DNA of 62,388 nucleotides, filler included, from Intoshia linei (GCA_001642005.1; 11 parts of 11 records of this genome joined end to end with filler, not necessarily neighbours in it), one strand, 5' to 3'. Shown: positions 37,781 to 52,446, counted from the first letter of the whole stretch. Numbers and translations: made by a program. Notes: generated by a model not told the origin, from the sequence alone.

Positions 37781-40742
37781 ATGTATAATATTGTCTCAAT
37801 ATTAAGCAATAAATATATTTTGTAGTATTTTATTCATATTTAAATCAAACACCGTTACCCATAATATACAATAAAAATTTCTAGTTGGAAATGGTATATC
37901 GTTTTAAATCACAAAAAAATAATAGTATGAGAATATTAAATATTTTTTACGTTGTAAAAAGTATGACGACTTAAAAACAGAATAAATAATATAATGACTA
38001 GGTTGACTGTTATGTAAAACGTACAAACAGCACCTAGCTTTGCCGAAGGCACATTTATATTCTACCAAAAAAATAAATTCACGTTGATCATCTAACTTAA
38101 AAATTCTATTATTTATTATTATCAATTGTTTAAAGGATTGGTTCCAAAATTTGTTTCAGAATAAAAACCTATTTTGTCATTTTCAATGCGATAATATATA
38201 TTCAGAGTATATATATATAATTTAATATATTATTTAATATATATAGANAATCAAACCAAGAAGCAAATATGCTTTAATGGAAAAATGCAAAACATTGATT
38301 TGGCTGGCTATAAACCAATATTTTCTCCCAGTTATTACAAAAAGTATTGCTGGCCAAATTATTTTAATGTTCCGTCTAACATTACTTGTGATGATATTAA
38401 AAGACCATATCAAAAAATTCTCTCAAAATCGAATTCGTGTTCATTATAAATGTATAATATTTTGTAGTATTTTATTTATATTTAAATTAAACACCATTAC
38501 CCATAATATACAATAAAAATTTTTAGTTTAAAATGGTATGTTGTTTTGAATCACAAAAAAATAATAGTATGGGAATATTAAATATTTTTTACGTTGTAAA
38601 AAGTATGACGACTTAAAAACAGATTAAATAATAAAATGACTAAGTTGACTGTTATGTAAAACGTACAAACAGCACCTAGCTTTGCAGAAGGCACATTTAT
38701 ATTCTACCAAAAAAATAAATTCACGTTTATCATCTAACTTAAAAATTCTATTATTTATTATTGTCAATCGTTTAAAAAAGTGGTTCCAAAATTTGTTTCA
38801 GAATAAAAACCTATTTTGTCATTTTCAATGCGATAATATATATTCAATATCAATTTAATAAATACTTAAAAATACCAATTATGTATCAATAATTAACGGA
38901 ATCAACACTTCATAAATATATTTCAGGTGTAAATATTTAAAATTAAAAATAATTTCAAAAACAAACTTAAATTAAATGTTATTACTTCATATTTAAACAT
39001 TTTTCAAGATTAATAATACATGTATATTATTTTATTAACCACAAAAATTTAAAAAATATATACACGTTTAAAATTACTGATATACACTATATACTAGGGG
39101 TGTCCAACCTTTATAATGCATCGATTGACTAATACATTGACGATAAAAATTTTTGTTATCGGAACATATTTTAAAAAAATCGCCTTGCGGAATCCAATAA
39201 AAAATGTTTATCTAAATATTATAAGACTTTGATCCAACGAAGAGCACACAAAATTAAGGCAGTCACTGATGTTTTTTTATTTCATTACAGTGAATCTTTA
39301 CCATAACGTCATTTACGATAACAATTTGTAGTTCAATTTGTACACTTTCTATAGACATTATATTAAATATACAATTTATGATAACTTAATTTAATTTATG
39401 TTTTTTAAAATTTATCATAGCGTATAAATCATAGTGATTTCATTGTTTTTATAAAAATACATCTAATTATTTTGAATTTGATTAAATTAAAAGATTTATG
39501 TATAAAATATTTATCGTAATGCATGTTTCTATAGCAGGGGTGTCAGACTTAATTTGTTTTTTCAAACACGAATGAATTTTTGAGAAACTGGAATTGTCCA
39601 TGATGGTAGATTTAGATATTTGGACCAATTTGTGTAATGATTTTAAGGTATTGATTTATAACTGCAATAATTACAATCAAAATCACATTTAGACTTTTTC
39701 CATATTCTAGGCTTCCTAAGATTATTATATTTTTAGTATAAATACGCATGACAGCTTGAAAAAGCTCAGAAAATTCGTATTTTTTATTTTTATACTTTAA
39801 ATAACTTTTAACCACAAATGTGACAAAATGTGCTTTTTTTAAAATAATAACAATTTATTTTTTAAATCAAAAATTAACAATAAATAAATAAAAGTATATT
39901 TACATACATGTATATGTTAGTGTATATGTTAGAAAATATGTTATAAAGACAAAATTTTAACCCCCTAAATCCACGCATTTCCGGTGAAAAATAATTTTTA
40001 ATATATTATCAACTAATATTGATCAAATATTTCGATAAATTTCAAATAAAAATTATAAATGTAAATATTGATGCTACGATTTAAAAAAAAAATGTGCATT
40101 GAACGTCTACACATTTCCAATAAAGAAATATGGGTAANNNNNNNNNNNNNNNNNNNNNNNNNNNNNNNNNNNNNNNNNNNNTTAATTAATTAANNNNNNN
40201 NNNNNNNNNNNNNNNNNNNNNNNNNNNNNNNNNNNNNATATTTGTCTGTCTTCTTATACTAATATTGACTATCTATGCAATTTTAAGACTACAAGGTTAT
40301 AAATTTATTTAATTCATTCCAATAAACGTTTTTAAATATTATACATATTACAAACTATTTCTTCGTTTACGGTAATTGGTTGTGAAAAACTATCTCATTT
40401 CGTTTACGAGGATTTTTTTTTTGGAAAAACATTCTGGTTATTGGAATTTTTTATAAATAATTTCTACATTAAAACAATGGTTCCCGATTGAGATCCAAAA
40501 TTATATGCCTGGTTTGGTAGTATCCAAATAAAATATAGAAAAATTTTGATCAACTTTTGTTTATTTTTATAAGAGAATTTTCAATATATATTACAGACTT
40601 TCTAGATGTTTATTATCCCAAAGCCTAGACAACCGCTCATTATTATTTCAAAAATCCCACTTTTATACTACCATTAATAAAATTTAATAACAAATACCAT
40701 TTCAAGCCCTAAGAGAAAATTGACTTTTATAAACCCTTAAGG

Positions 40743-41185
40743 CAGTGGTTCTTAACCGGGTGCATAATCAATTTTTAGGGTACACAGAGCTATTTTAATT
40801 TTTTTTTAAATAAGTGAAATTACAGAATTGATATTTTTATTATCAACAAAAAGATTAGATGTAAGACATTTCATTTTATTAATACTTATTAAGTTAAGTT
40901 AATAATTAACGCTCATTGAATTTATTCACAATCATTTAATAATCAAATTAAGTTTGTATTTTCAACTTTTTTAAGGTATACACATTACATTTTAATTGTA
41001 TTTTAATATATAAATTATCATAGAGTTTTTAATTTTTTCTAAGGATGTCTAAAAGAAGACAATGAAATAACAATTACGAAGAATTTGGTTTTATTTGTCG
41101 TAATGATGCAGATGAAACCGAAAAACCTCAGTGCATTTACTTTTCGGCGTTTTATGTAATAATAGCATAAAGCCAAACCTCCTCG
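40743..41185 (+). mobile_element. hAT Buster 5' end with BED-finger relic
   Basis: CAGTGGTTCTTAACC terminus; MSKRRQ*NNNYEEFGF...EKPQCI...LCNNSIKP matches the Buster N-terminus (Y..FGF...PQC..C...L.N..MKP). Confidence 0.8.
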
Positions 41186-42737
41186 TTTTTTCTATAAAAA
41201 AGGTTTCTAGTAATATTGGTCAAATTTAAATATTGCAAAATTTATAACAAAATATTATTTTAACTATGAAAATTTGACTGTGCCATTTTAAAATTTAGTT
41301 ATTTACGTATTAAATACATTTTAATGAAAAAAAGTATTATGAACTTTATAGAAGCCGAGCTAAAAAATTGAACTGTATTTGTTCTAATCGGTTAATGTTC
41401 ATAAAAATTATGTAATGATATGTAAAATGTTACGCAGATTTGTTAGAGGTGAGTGTAATTTTTTTGTATTATTAGTTTATTTGTTTTAACTAATTAAAAT
41501 TAGGGAAAAAAACGAAAATTCTTGATTTTATTTAAAAAATAATGATTAATCATGGAAAAAATTATTATATTAAAATTCACAGGTAATTTTGCTTCTATAT
41601 CTTCAATCTTACGATTAACAGATTTTATATATATCCCAGAGATCTTTCACAAATTTCATTGGTACCATCGACATTGAGAGGATAAGGTAGTATATATAGT
41701 AGTATATATACATCCATTCGATTGAAACACTAATGTTTTACCTTCCAAGATTTGTAATATTTTTTGAATTTTCTGTTTTTATTTTACAAGAGAACCAGTT
41801 ATTGACAACCAATTTACATGCATCAACAACGGTATTAGATTTGTGATAACTTAACAAATAGTATTTTAATAAATAATTTGATTCATTATTCCATTGTGCC
41901 TTTGATAAACGTCCCAATTTCTTTATTGATATCGTTATATCCAGTGATCCATGAGATATTTAACTCCTTCGCATAGAATTGACAATTAAATTATTTAATA
42001 TTTAAATGATTAATATTGAAAATTCTGCATAAGTTTTTAGATATAAGAAGATAATATGATCAATGCAAGTTTATTTTGAAAATAATATACATGTATAAAA
42101 ATGTTGAAGTCGGGGCAGGGCACAATATTCAAAATTTAAAAAAAAATTATGCTACAACTGATTTCTAAGTGAAATGGGGATTATACTTAAGAATAGTTTT
42201 CATTTGGTGATATAGTGAACCATCCTAATATATATTACATATACATGTAGTCAAACTTCATCAATTTAAATACATGGCGTGCAAAATATTTAAATGTTCA
42301 ATTTTTGATATAATATGAACCATTAATAATATTAATAATAAAAATCGCTATATTCAACGAAATCACCATGAAAATTTAAGTTGATGAATCTATTCAATTC
42401 TAAATCAATACGACTACGCCTCATCAAATATTTAAATAAATTACTTTAGGGATATTTCAGATTCTGATTTGGATTTATAGTTTTTACATACAACGTATAC
42501 TTGGTATCTCTAAATAGATCTATCAAAATATAATTAATCATAATAAGGTACGTACAATGTACGTCGTACATATACATTTTATGTATCACAATAAAATTTT
42601 ATTATAAATAAATATTTACCAGGTACATTGTACCTATTAATATTAATAAACCCACCTTAAAAATAGGTATGATACCAATAATAACATGTATATTTCTAGT
42701 CATATTGTATGACAAGATATAATCCTTACTTATATAA

Positions 42738-43215
42738 CACTAAACAACACTGAAAAATACATCTGCATAAAAATAATACCATCTTGGGGATAATCTAACG
42801 CTGATTTCAATGATATATTATATTTATAAGTTTTAGTTCATATAACCCATTTATTAACACTTAATGTTAGAAAAAAATATAATTTAAGTTTCACTTCAAT
42901 TCTAAAATTGACCAATTATTTCATTTAAAATAATGTTTACATTAAAAAAAGTCAAGTTTTTTAAGTTTGAATATTTATTTATTAATTTAAAATGCATGCG
43001 TGCGAAATAAACGAAACATTATTATTGCTTTTTATGTGGTATATTTGCCAAAAACTAAAAAATGTTACTCTATGACTGTAAATATGTATAAATTTAAAAA
43101 TTTGATAATGCAAATATACAGTTTAATATACGAGAATCAACTTTGGAATTCCTCAAATCTATGTCAAACGTGCCATTCGTCTATTATGAGATTTAAAAAG
43201 AGATTTGTGACACTT
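42738..43215 (+). mobile_element. Chapaev3-like relic, second copy
   Basis: taa|CACTAAACAACACTG start; aligned to the 28240 copy; fragments YCFLCGIF and ENQLWNSSNLCQTC. Confidence 0.7.
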
Positions 43216-44430
43216 TTAACTAAACAAGTACCAAACAGCCAAGCTTGTAATAATATAATAAGATTACATATTAATATTCTAAAATTACTCTCATAGCATC
43301 TTTACTGAAATGAACTGATTTGGAGTCCATTGTAGTTGAACGATTCAGCTGACAGCCTTTCAAATTCTTAGGTTTTGGGTTTACGGTTTCTGTAATAAAT
43401 AAAATTAAATATACTAACAAAATATAAATAATAAACGACTTAAAAATGTTTCAAACTCAACAATATATACCAAAAATGTCAATCTTAAATTGAAACTCTA
43501 ATCTCGAATAAAACTGTAGTAATAATCAACGCAGTTGAATAGAATTTAATCATATGTATGTATTGTGAGCTCTACTGTTATTATTTTTTTTTGTAAAACA
43601 CATCCCTTATGCATTATAAACATGATATTCACCAAAACGTTTTTATTACACCAAAAACCCCAATTATAGATGACAGATTTCTAATGTCTTACAATTCAAA
43701 ATTGTATTTGTTATGGCAAATCAAAGCCATAGGCTCAGCACATGATCACGTAAGGTTAAAGCATTTCATAATTTTGTTTTATTACCCAACTTTTATTAAT
43801 TTTTTATAAATGCTTATTTTTTTTTATTATTACTTATCCATTGAATGTACAAATACTCTACAATATATATTACCTTCAATGCTGGTGTATTTTTGATTGA
43901 AAATAATAAATTGAATGTGAAACAAAATCAACACTGCATGAAATTCACTTAATATTCAATATGTATGTTAATAATATGTAAATTATGGATATCTCAATCT
44001 ATTCATTTCTATCAATAACAAAATTGATTAATACATTCTATAAATATGTTTATGAGGTTTATATTCATTTTATATGTCAATACAGAATAACATCATTTGA
44101 ATCCATTAAATTAAATGTATTCTATTATGATTAAATTCGATAATAACAAAAAAAATGCAATTATTAAAATTATCTTAATCCAGTTTTCGCAAATAGGAGT
44201 CCGTTGTAATCAATTATAAAATAATACAACAAACACATCAATTATATGGTATTTTTTTATAACAAAATTTTTGTTAAGGCAATATAGATAGTTTATGTAA
44301 TATTTAAATAAAATTTTTTACAAAACAACATCCTTTTTATTAGCCCAATGGTTATCGATAGGGATTCCTGGAGGTTCGTGAGATATGTTTCATTTGGGGT
44401 AAAAAAAATACTTTGAAATCGGGTCCGTAC

Positions 44431-45059
44431 TAGTGTGTTCAACTTTTGTAAAAAGTACTGATTTTAACTGAGTACTGAGTTATTTAATAAGTACTTAACA
44501 TTAATTTTTATTTACTGAGATTAAAAATTCAGTACATTTAATAATAAAAATATTTTTAAAATTATTAATTTTGCCAATCAGTTTGGTTTTTACCTCAATG
44601 CATTGGTAAATTGCATTAAATAAATAATAATAATTATCAATACCTGCAATTAGTGCATCAGTTAAAAGATTCTTTTCTGCGGTGGGGTTATTCAAGGCTA
44701 TTCGTAGAACTGGGATTACGCCAGAATTAATTGAAACTGAATTATAAAATACAATAAAAACTTCATGTCTACAAAAGGTAATTTATAACCAATTTTTTCT
44801 AATAAAAAATTTAATTATCTACTTTTAATGATTCTAGTTTTTTATAAAATTCGGATATTGTCTTCCTTTAAATATCAGTTATTTATTTATTTAAATCTAA
44901 AATCAGAAACATTAATTTTATGTTTTTAATTTTTTGCGTTTTATGAACGAAAACTGAAAATTCATTAAATTTTTTAATTTGCTTTTACTAAAATTTAAAA
45001 AAAATACTTACTGAGTTTCACTGTACTGAGTTTCTAAAAAAACTAAGTTGAACACACTA
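44431..45059. mobile_element. hAT (Ac/Tol2-like) MITE nested in a Charlie-type MITE ending at 45090; truncated inverted copy near 53635-53998
   Basis: Perfect 15-bp TIR TAGTGTGTTCAACTT; TSD gtccgtac/gtccgtat; subterminal ACTGAG repeats. Confidence 0.9.
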
Positions 45060-48000
45060 GTCCGTATACTATTTGAACCGGGAACCACTGCATTAAAACC
45101 ATGAAACAATTTTGATTTTCATTCCACTTAACCTATAATTGCCTATATTTATCTTGTATATATACAAGTATATATTACGCCAGTATACAAGATATGTTTT
45201 GGAGTTTATTTTTTGTTTGAATAATATTTAAATAATGTAAATAGCCAGAATTCGAGAAATTAAATTGTTAATAAAATCCAAAAAAATTGAGCTAAAAACA
45301 AATATTAAAAAATAAAAAGTATAACTAAGCATGGAGAATAATATTATAAAGTCGGTACCACGTTTAAAAACTCAAACGCCAATTTACGTTAAAATAAAGT
45401 TCAGTTTTAATTTTGTAATATAAAGTGTATATATAAAAAAATTTAAATAGTCAGGTTATCTTCAATATTCGTTGAAATGCATTAATATTTTGGAAATATC
45501 ATTTTTTTATACTTGATCACTATTATACCTAAGGATGTTCAAAAATATAATTTTTCATTTTTTTTAAGACACCTTAGTGCAATGGTTCCAAAAAATACGT
45601 GGCTTCCCCCCACCAGGGGGGCCTACCGAGTCTGAAGGTGGGCCGCAGATTTAAGAAAAATTTTATAATTAAATTATAATCGTTAACATTAATTTTATTT
45701 AGTGTTTCATATTTACATTATGTTACATTATGTTCATTAATATAATTTGAAATTCGGATTAATTTTGGATTATAATAAATTTAAGTTTTATTAACCCTTA
45801 CAAGACAATAACACGTATATAAACAAAAAAGAACAATTACAAATTTACATAAAATACATGTATCTACAAAATAAATGTTATTAAATATACAAAAATACGT
45901 AACAAATATATAAACCATCTAACAAAAGAATAAATGGTTTTAAAAGTATTTGCTAAAGTAACAGCAATAAAATATAAATTTTATGAAAATGCTGTAGATT
46001 TTAGAAATGAAACTAAAATAGTTTGTATAGTTAAAAACGTTAAAATTGTATCTGGTAATGACAAACTTTCGGTATTTCAAATGAAATCCAATAAAATGAC
46101 CAAAGTGTGGGAAATTATGGTTGATGATAATTCTATGTGGAATTATGTGGAATATAATGAAATTTGTATTATTTGTGTAACAATCAAAAATGAATAATCT
46201 GCATACGTCATTTATAATAAAGACACCAAGCTCCACATATTATAAAATACGTATGAAAAATTTTGTGAAATTAAATACATACGTGAAAATAAAAAATGGC
46301 AGTTATTTAGTTCAAACAAATCATTATATTTGTCAAATAATAATAAAATAAAAATTAAAAATGCAAATATTAATCCTATAATTTCAAAGAAAATTGAAAT
46401 CATCACAAAGCTATATTTCAGGTGATAAAATAAATATTATTAATGTTGTAAACTTTACGAAAATCAGACATTTCGTAGTAATGATAAAAACAATCTAGCC
46501 ATCAATTTTAGACTAGAAAATAGAAAAGATTTCTTTAAAGCAGTGGTTCCCAAACTTTTTTGCCGTGGATCAGATTTCATTAAAAAAATACACTTTTTTA
46601 AGGTTGTGACTCATGATTGAATCATGATTGATGATTCAAAACTATCTCACAATTTTTAAATCAAAGGGTAATTTGTGGTTTTCACAATGAAGGTGTGTGA
46701 TTTGAAGCTGGGATTTATGAAAATGTAAATGATTTCAAAAAGCCTTCAGAATTTATAATTTTTTAATTTTTAGGTTATTGGTATTAACAGCTAACCTTTA
46801 TTTAAAATTTTTGGTTTTGTCGTGGACCAATTTTTTTATACCTTATCAGCGTTTCGTAATCTTTTGTAAATTTAGCACTACCGTTAGCCAGATAAATTAA
46901 TAAATCTTGTTAATTTATATATTGAAATATCTCATTTAAAACTATAATTAAATTACAAATTAATAAACTAAAATAAATTGAAATAGCTTAATTGATATGA
47001 TATTGTCAACAAATATCTTTTGATAGCGAACTGTAAAATTAAAAAAAGAAATATCATGTTAATCACAAAAATTTCAGTGTTTTAATCGTATATTTNNNNN
47101 NNNATTAAAAAAAGAAATATCATGTTAATCACAAAAATTTCAGTGTTTNCTAGAAAATAGAAAAGATTTCTTTAAAGCAGTGGTTCCCAAACTTTTTTGC
47201 CGTGGATCAGATTTCATTAAAAAAATACACTTTTTTGAGGTTATGACTCATGATTGATGATTCAAAACTATCTCACAATTTTTAAATCAAAGAGTAAGTT
47301 AAGGTTTTTACAATGAAGGTGTGTGATTTGAGGCTGGGATTTATGAAAATGTTAATGATTTCAAAAAGCCTTCAGAATTTATAATTTTTTAATTTTTAGG
47401 TTATTGGTATTAACAGCTAACTTTTATTTAAAATTTTTGATTTGTTCGTGAACCAATTTTTTTATACCTTATATGCGTTTCGTAACCTTTTTTTAATTTA
47501 GCACTACCGTTAACTAGATAAATTAATAAATCTTGTTAATTTATATATTNNNNNNNNNNNNNNNNNNNNNNNNNNNNNNNNNNNNNNNNNNNNTTAATTA
47601 ATTAANNNNNNNNNNNNNNNNNNNNNNNNNNNNNNNNNNNNNNNNNNNNTACACATTTCCAATAAAGAAATATAGGTGAAAATCTATATAATTCATTCCT
47701 TCGGACTTTTAAATTTCAAATTCTCATTTTCAAATCATTTTGTATAAATTTTAAATTATAATACTACAGAAACGATTTTATAAAAGTTTTGATACTAACT
47801 TATAGACGTGTTATTTTTTTAATTATAATTGTTAAATTTAACATAAAATGGAAAAAAGAAAAGTGACATTCAGAAGCAAACAGGCCATAAAGGTGAAGAT
47901 GAGGCGTCTCAATGATTCATCACATTGAAAATAACAAAATAGGTTTTTATAATTTTATTTTTTTCTGGCATTTATGACAATTTTTAGAACTGTATTTACA

Positions 48001-48604
48001 TTATTTTTAATATTATACACACATTCTGTCTAATAAATTAAAAAAAATGGGATAACAATTGTAAAGGATTGATAATAGTGAATAGTAGGATTTTTAAGTT
48101 AGATTTTCAACGTGAGGGATTGATAATAGTGAATAGTAGAATTTTTAAGTTAGATTTTCAACGTGAATTTTTTGATATAATAAAGATGTGCCCTCGGCAG
48201 AGCTAGGTGCTGTTTATACGTAGTACATTACAGTCAACCTAGTACTGTATAATTATGAATTAATTTACATTTGATATGTTAATGTATTAAATTCAGCTAG
48301 CCGAAAATGAATTTCAGTCTGGCAAAATTGAAATGTAAATGGTATAATATTTTTTTAAAGTCAAAAATTAGTTCTAGAATTTTGAATAAGGATTATTCAC
48401 AAAGTTTATTCCAGTTGATGTAGAACAAAATTGATCTGAGAAATCCACACATTCCCGATTAATAACGAATTTTCATGTAAAAATAGATCTCGGGACAGAC
48501 GCCCTGAACTGAGCTAGATACTGTTTGTACGATTTAAATAAAACAAGTTAGTTTAATTATATACAAGTTTGAGTTATTGAACTTTATCAAAATATTGTAA
48601 ACAT

Positions 48605-49861
48605 TCAGTCTGATAAGTCATATTCTATCAATTTTGGCGATTTCGACGGAGGTTTCGAAGGTTTAGCATATATTTTTGAATTACGTTTAATGTTTTTTTT
48701 TAATGTTTCGATGGGTGTACTATCTATATTTAAATTATAAACACAATCAACAAATCAATTTTAATTTAAAAAAATTACTAGGTTTTTGTCGGTTTTTGAA
48801 AAGTGATTTAGCGATTTTTACATCGTCCGATCTCTCTGAAATCAAGGGTACTGATAAATTCAATCTATTGGCGATTCGTTGATCGGCTCGTTTAATGTTC
48901 TTTTGTATCTAAATTTCGAAAATTCAATATTACGCAAACTAAAATTTCACACGACACTGGAGTATATTACAAATACAATTTCTGAAATTAAATTAGGTTT
49001 AACCCAGTGGTTCGCAACGCGGCTTTAAATATAATAAATGGTAGATTCAATTGACTCATTGTGCCAATTGATGCACAACAAAGTAACTAATTAATTAAAC
49101 ATACCCTAAATTTGTCTCGCAAAAATATATTAATATTATAGTCATCTTTCCATTCAGATCTGACATTAAGTAATTTAGATAAAGAAGGTACATTATCTGA
49201 TTTTTCGTAAGCTTTTTGTTTGTCCATTTCATGATCTAATTTAAACATGGGATCTTCATTCATTTTTTGAAGAACCATTCCAGCTGAATAAGTTATATAG
49301 AATAGAATAACATGAAATTACGAGTATGAATCAACTGCTCATTTTCAGAAGGATCCCACCTAAGTTCCTTTCTTCTGGCTCCCGATGTAATAATATAATT
49401 AAGTTTCTACGTATTGAATGAAAATAAAAATTTAAAATAATAATTACCTGAGGGTCAGTTTTTATTGTAAAGTGATTAGGGCATAAATGACACCGCATTT
49501 TAAATTCATAAATGGGCGTACTATAATACATATCAATTTTTGTTTTTTCTGCATTATATCGTACCCCAGTTGCCACTGAATTGCCACATCCATCACACCA
49601 AATATTGAAAGGTAATTCAAATCTTAAGTATATACAATTGAATTACGATTATACAATGAAATTTGGATTTCAAAAAAAATACCTTATGACTATGATGCCT
49701 TGTTTAATTTTTTTCGCTCTTTCGCGAAGAGCGTGAGTTCCATGATATCGATTCAAGTTTCCATGTTTTCTTGGGTCAAAATCTGGTGGGTAATATTTAT
49801 TTTGACCTTTTCTCTCTCCCTAAATTAAACTTAATCCAGTCATTAGATATTAAATAACCAT
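48605..49861 (-). CDS. CCDC130: CCDC130 / YJU2B splicing factor homolog, complete
   Basis: Spliced MGERKGQNKYYPPDFDPRKHGNLNRYHGTHALRERAKKIKQGIIVIRFELPFNIWCDGC...GVRYNAEK...YYSTPIYEFKMRCHLC...TDP...DPMFKLDH...WKDDY; ATG-only exon 1, then 39-nt intron. Confidence 0.95.
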
Positions 49862-50030
49862 TGCAGATATCTTATTCAATAACTATATTGTACCAGTACT
49901 TTCCTATTTTCAAATTGACACGTTGTCAATGACTTTTAAATATTTGTTGTTAATGACAATTAAATATACAATAAATTTATTTTGATATGAATAAATCACA
50001 AAATGTTTTTTAATTAGTATACATTCGAAT

Positions 50031-51535
50031 ATGAATTCAGCAGAAATTCGAAAAGTAAAGGCTAAAATTATTGCTACCGAGTATATTTTTAATTATAATG
50101 ATAATTTAATCTAATTTGTTTATGCTTTAGAATATTTATATTCATTTATTAATTGCCATTTCAACGTGAATTTTCTATATAAGTTACTTTTTTGTTTTTT
50201 TTAGTTTGATTTGTATACTTTTTTTAATAGTTAAATTTCATTAATGATTTGAAAAGTATAATCCTAATGCCACTTATATTTTTATTGACTTTATGCGAAA
50301 CGATGGTCCCATCAGTCTTCCATCGATAAAGTAAATATTGACTTTTTAGATTTATATAAGAATTGATACGTTGTATTTTTTTAAATTTGAATGCTATATC
50401 AATATAATATTATCTAACACAATTTAGTAAATTAGTAATTTAATTATTAGTAAATTAATGAAATGCTATGATAAAAAGAAACAAGAGGTATTTTTTTATA
50501 ATAACAATTCTAGTATTTTTATTTTTTATGTATTCATTTTAGATTGATGTACTTAATAAAAATATAGTAAAATTACACAGAGATTATAGCAAGTAACACT
50601 TTTTTTAATTTAGTTTTATTTTTTTAGAGAAATGGAGGATGTTGCGCTTAAATTAAAATCAGCTATCGATGAAATTGATAAATTGCATGATGTAATATTT
50701 AAAAAAATTATATATGATATTTATTTTTAAATGTTTTCGTTAGGACAAGAATTTGATTAATTACCATTATCTCAACAGCCAAAAAATAATTACCGATTTA
50801 AAATTAGAAATAGAATATCTAAAGGTAAAGTATGAAAAAAGTTGTCATTAATTTTTATTGGTAGAAACATAACCATGAACTACTTTCTTCTATAAATGTG
50901 AAAAAAGGATCAATTACAGCAGAGCAATGTACAACAAATTCCTCAACCTGCCCAAATTATATATTGTAGTTATTATATTGCTTTTTTATTTATTTTTATT
51001 AGATATCAAAATGCACTGGGTGAAATTAAGTCATTGAAAGGTTTTTAATTATAAAGTTATTAGACAGATTTAGTATAATGTTTATGATTTTAAAATTTGT
51101 ATCAGCGTATACATTTTTTTAAATTCTCCAACTCTATTGATTTTCAAAAAAAAGGACAATTGGGGTTTTTGACCCGTAAGATGTGAGTTTGAAATTTATT
51201 TTGCGAATACTCCTAAAAAAACTGTTATTGAAATGTGGACTTTATAAAATTCTAAGACTGGTATAATAAAAATGCGCCCTTGGCAGAGCTAGGTGCTGTT
51301 TGTACGTAGTACAAAACGTATAATATTATAGTGTAGTATTATATAATTAAGGATGTACGATACTCAGTCATGTATTTTATTATTTTAGAGGATAGTAAAA
51401 AGCGTGATTTGAAAGAAGACCCAGAGTTTGAAAAATATCTTCAAGATATCGAAGATGGAGCAATAACGGATACAGATTGTATATTATATTTATATATTAT
51501 TATTGTCAGGTTCGACTACCGAATTTCTCTGATAA
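50031..51535 (+). CDS. Unidentified coiled-coil protein, many small exons (boundaries approximate)
   Basis: Run of ag|..|gt exons with short introns: KLMKCYDKKKQE, IDVLNKNIVKLHRDYSK, EMEDVALKLKSAIDEIDKLHD, DKNL...ITDLKLEIEYLK, YQNALGEIKSLK, DSKKRDLKEDPEFEKYLQDIEDG. Confidence 0.65.
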
Positions 51536-51619
51536 CTTTAATGACGGTTCTTTTGACTTTCATTGATGACTCAGATTCACTAGCTCAAGTTCATAACCTA
51601 ATCTGATTTACATTTTACA

Positions 51620-52116
51620 ATGTAAAGTTCGCCGTACAGCCTCGATAGTATATGAGAAAGTTAAAAATAAGATTAATGAATTATTAAAAACGGGTATAAT
51701 TGAACAAATTGATAGAAGCGAATGAACAAGTGTTATCGTAGTTGCATCTAAAAAAATAATGATATAAGATTATGTGTGAATTTAAGGAATTTAAATAAAA
51801 ATATAGAAATTGACACATATCCTCTACCTCTAATTGATAAAATATTTAATAATACTAATGGATGTTAATTTTTTTTTCAAAATTAGATTTGATAAAAGCT
51901 TATAATCAAATTGAATTAGACAAAAATTCACGATATGTAACTGCATTTATTACATAATTTGATTTATATCAATACAAAAGAGTACCATACGGTTTGGCAT
52001 TTGCGCCATCTTTTTTCCAAAAATTTATTTCTATTTTAAACGATATAAGTAATGTGAGCAATATGTTGGACGACATACATTATGTATGGTCATTCAGTTG
52101 AAGAACATGATAGAAC
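51620..52116 (+). mobile_element. Ty3/gypsy reverse transcriptase relic
   Basis: LLKTGIIE, DIRLCV, DTYPLPLIDKIF, FSKLDLIKAYNQIEL, LYQYKRVPYGLAFAPSFFQ, MLDDI; interrupted by stops and frameshifts. Confidence 0.92.
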
Positions 52117-52446
52117 AAAATTGTCATCATGGCTGCCACTTGAGGAACTAAGCTTCTTGATTGAATCGTACCCCATCTTTAACCCTTTCACTGTCTAATA
52201 CTATTTTATGATGCATCACCACTAGGGTGATCACTTTTGCATATTTTTTCGAAACTTTAAAAAGTATATTTCACCATCAGGATTATTGGTGATGGTTGTA
52301 GTGATGCCAATGTTATTACTATGAAGATTACTTTGTTTATTTACATTTATCACGTGTTATTAAATTTAAATTAAATATCTTGTTATTGTAAAGGCTCTTC
52401 ACTTATCCTCCAACATTCATCTTTACATATTTAATTGAAATAATAA

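Noticed and set aside
45934-46406. Three ORFs of 64-98 aa
   Set aside because: They follow a hAT terminus at about 45580, have AT-driven composition and no convincing motif; at most a decayed transposase
46510-47549. Tandem duplication of a Charlie MITE with its flank
   Set aside because: Copies are separated by Ns and end at a gap; probably uncollapsed haplotypes
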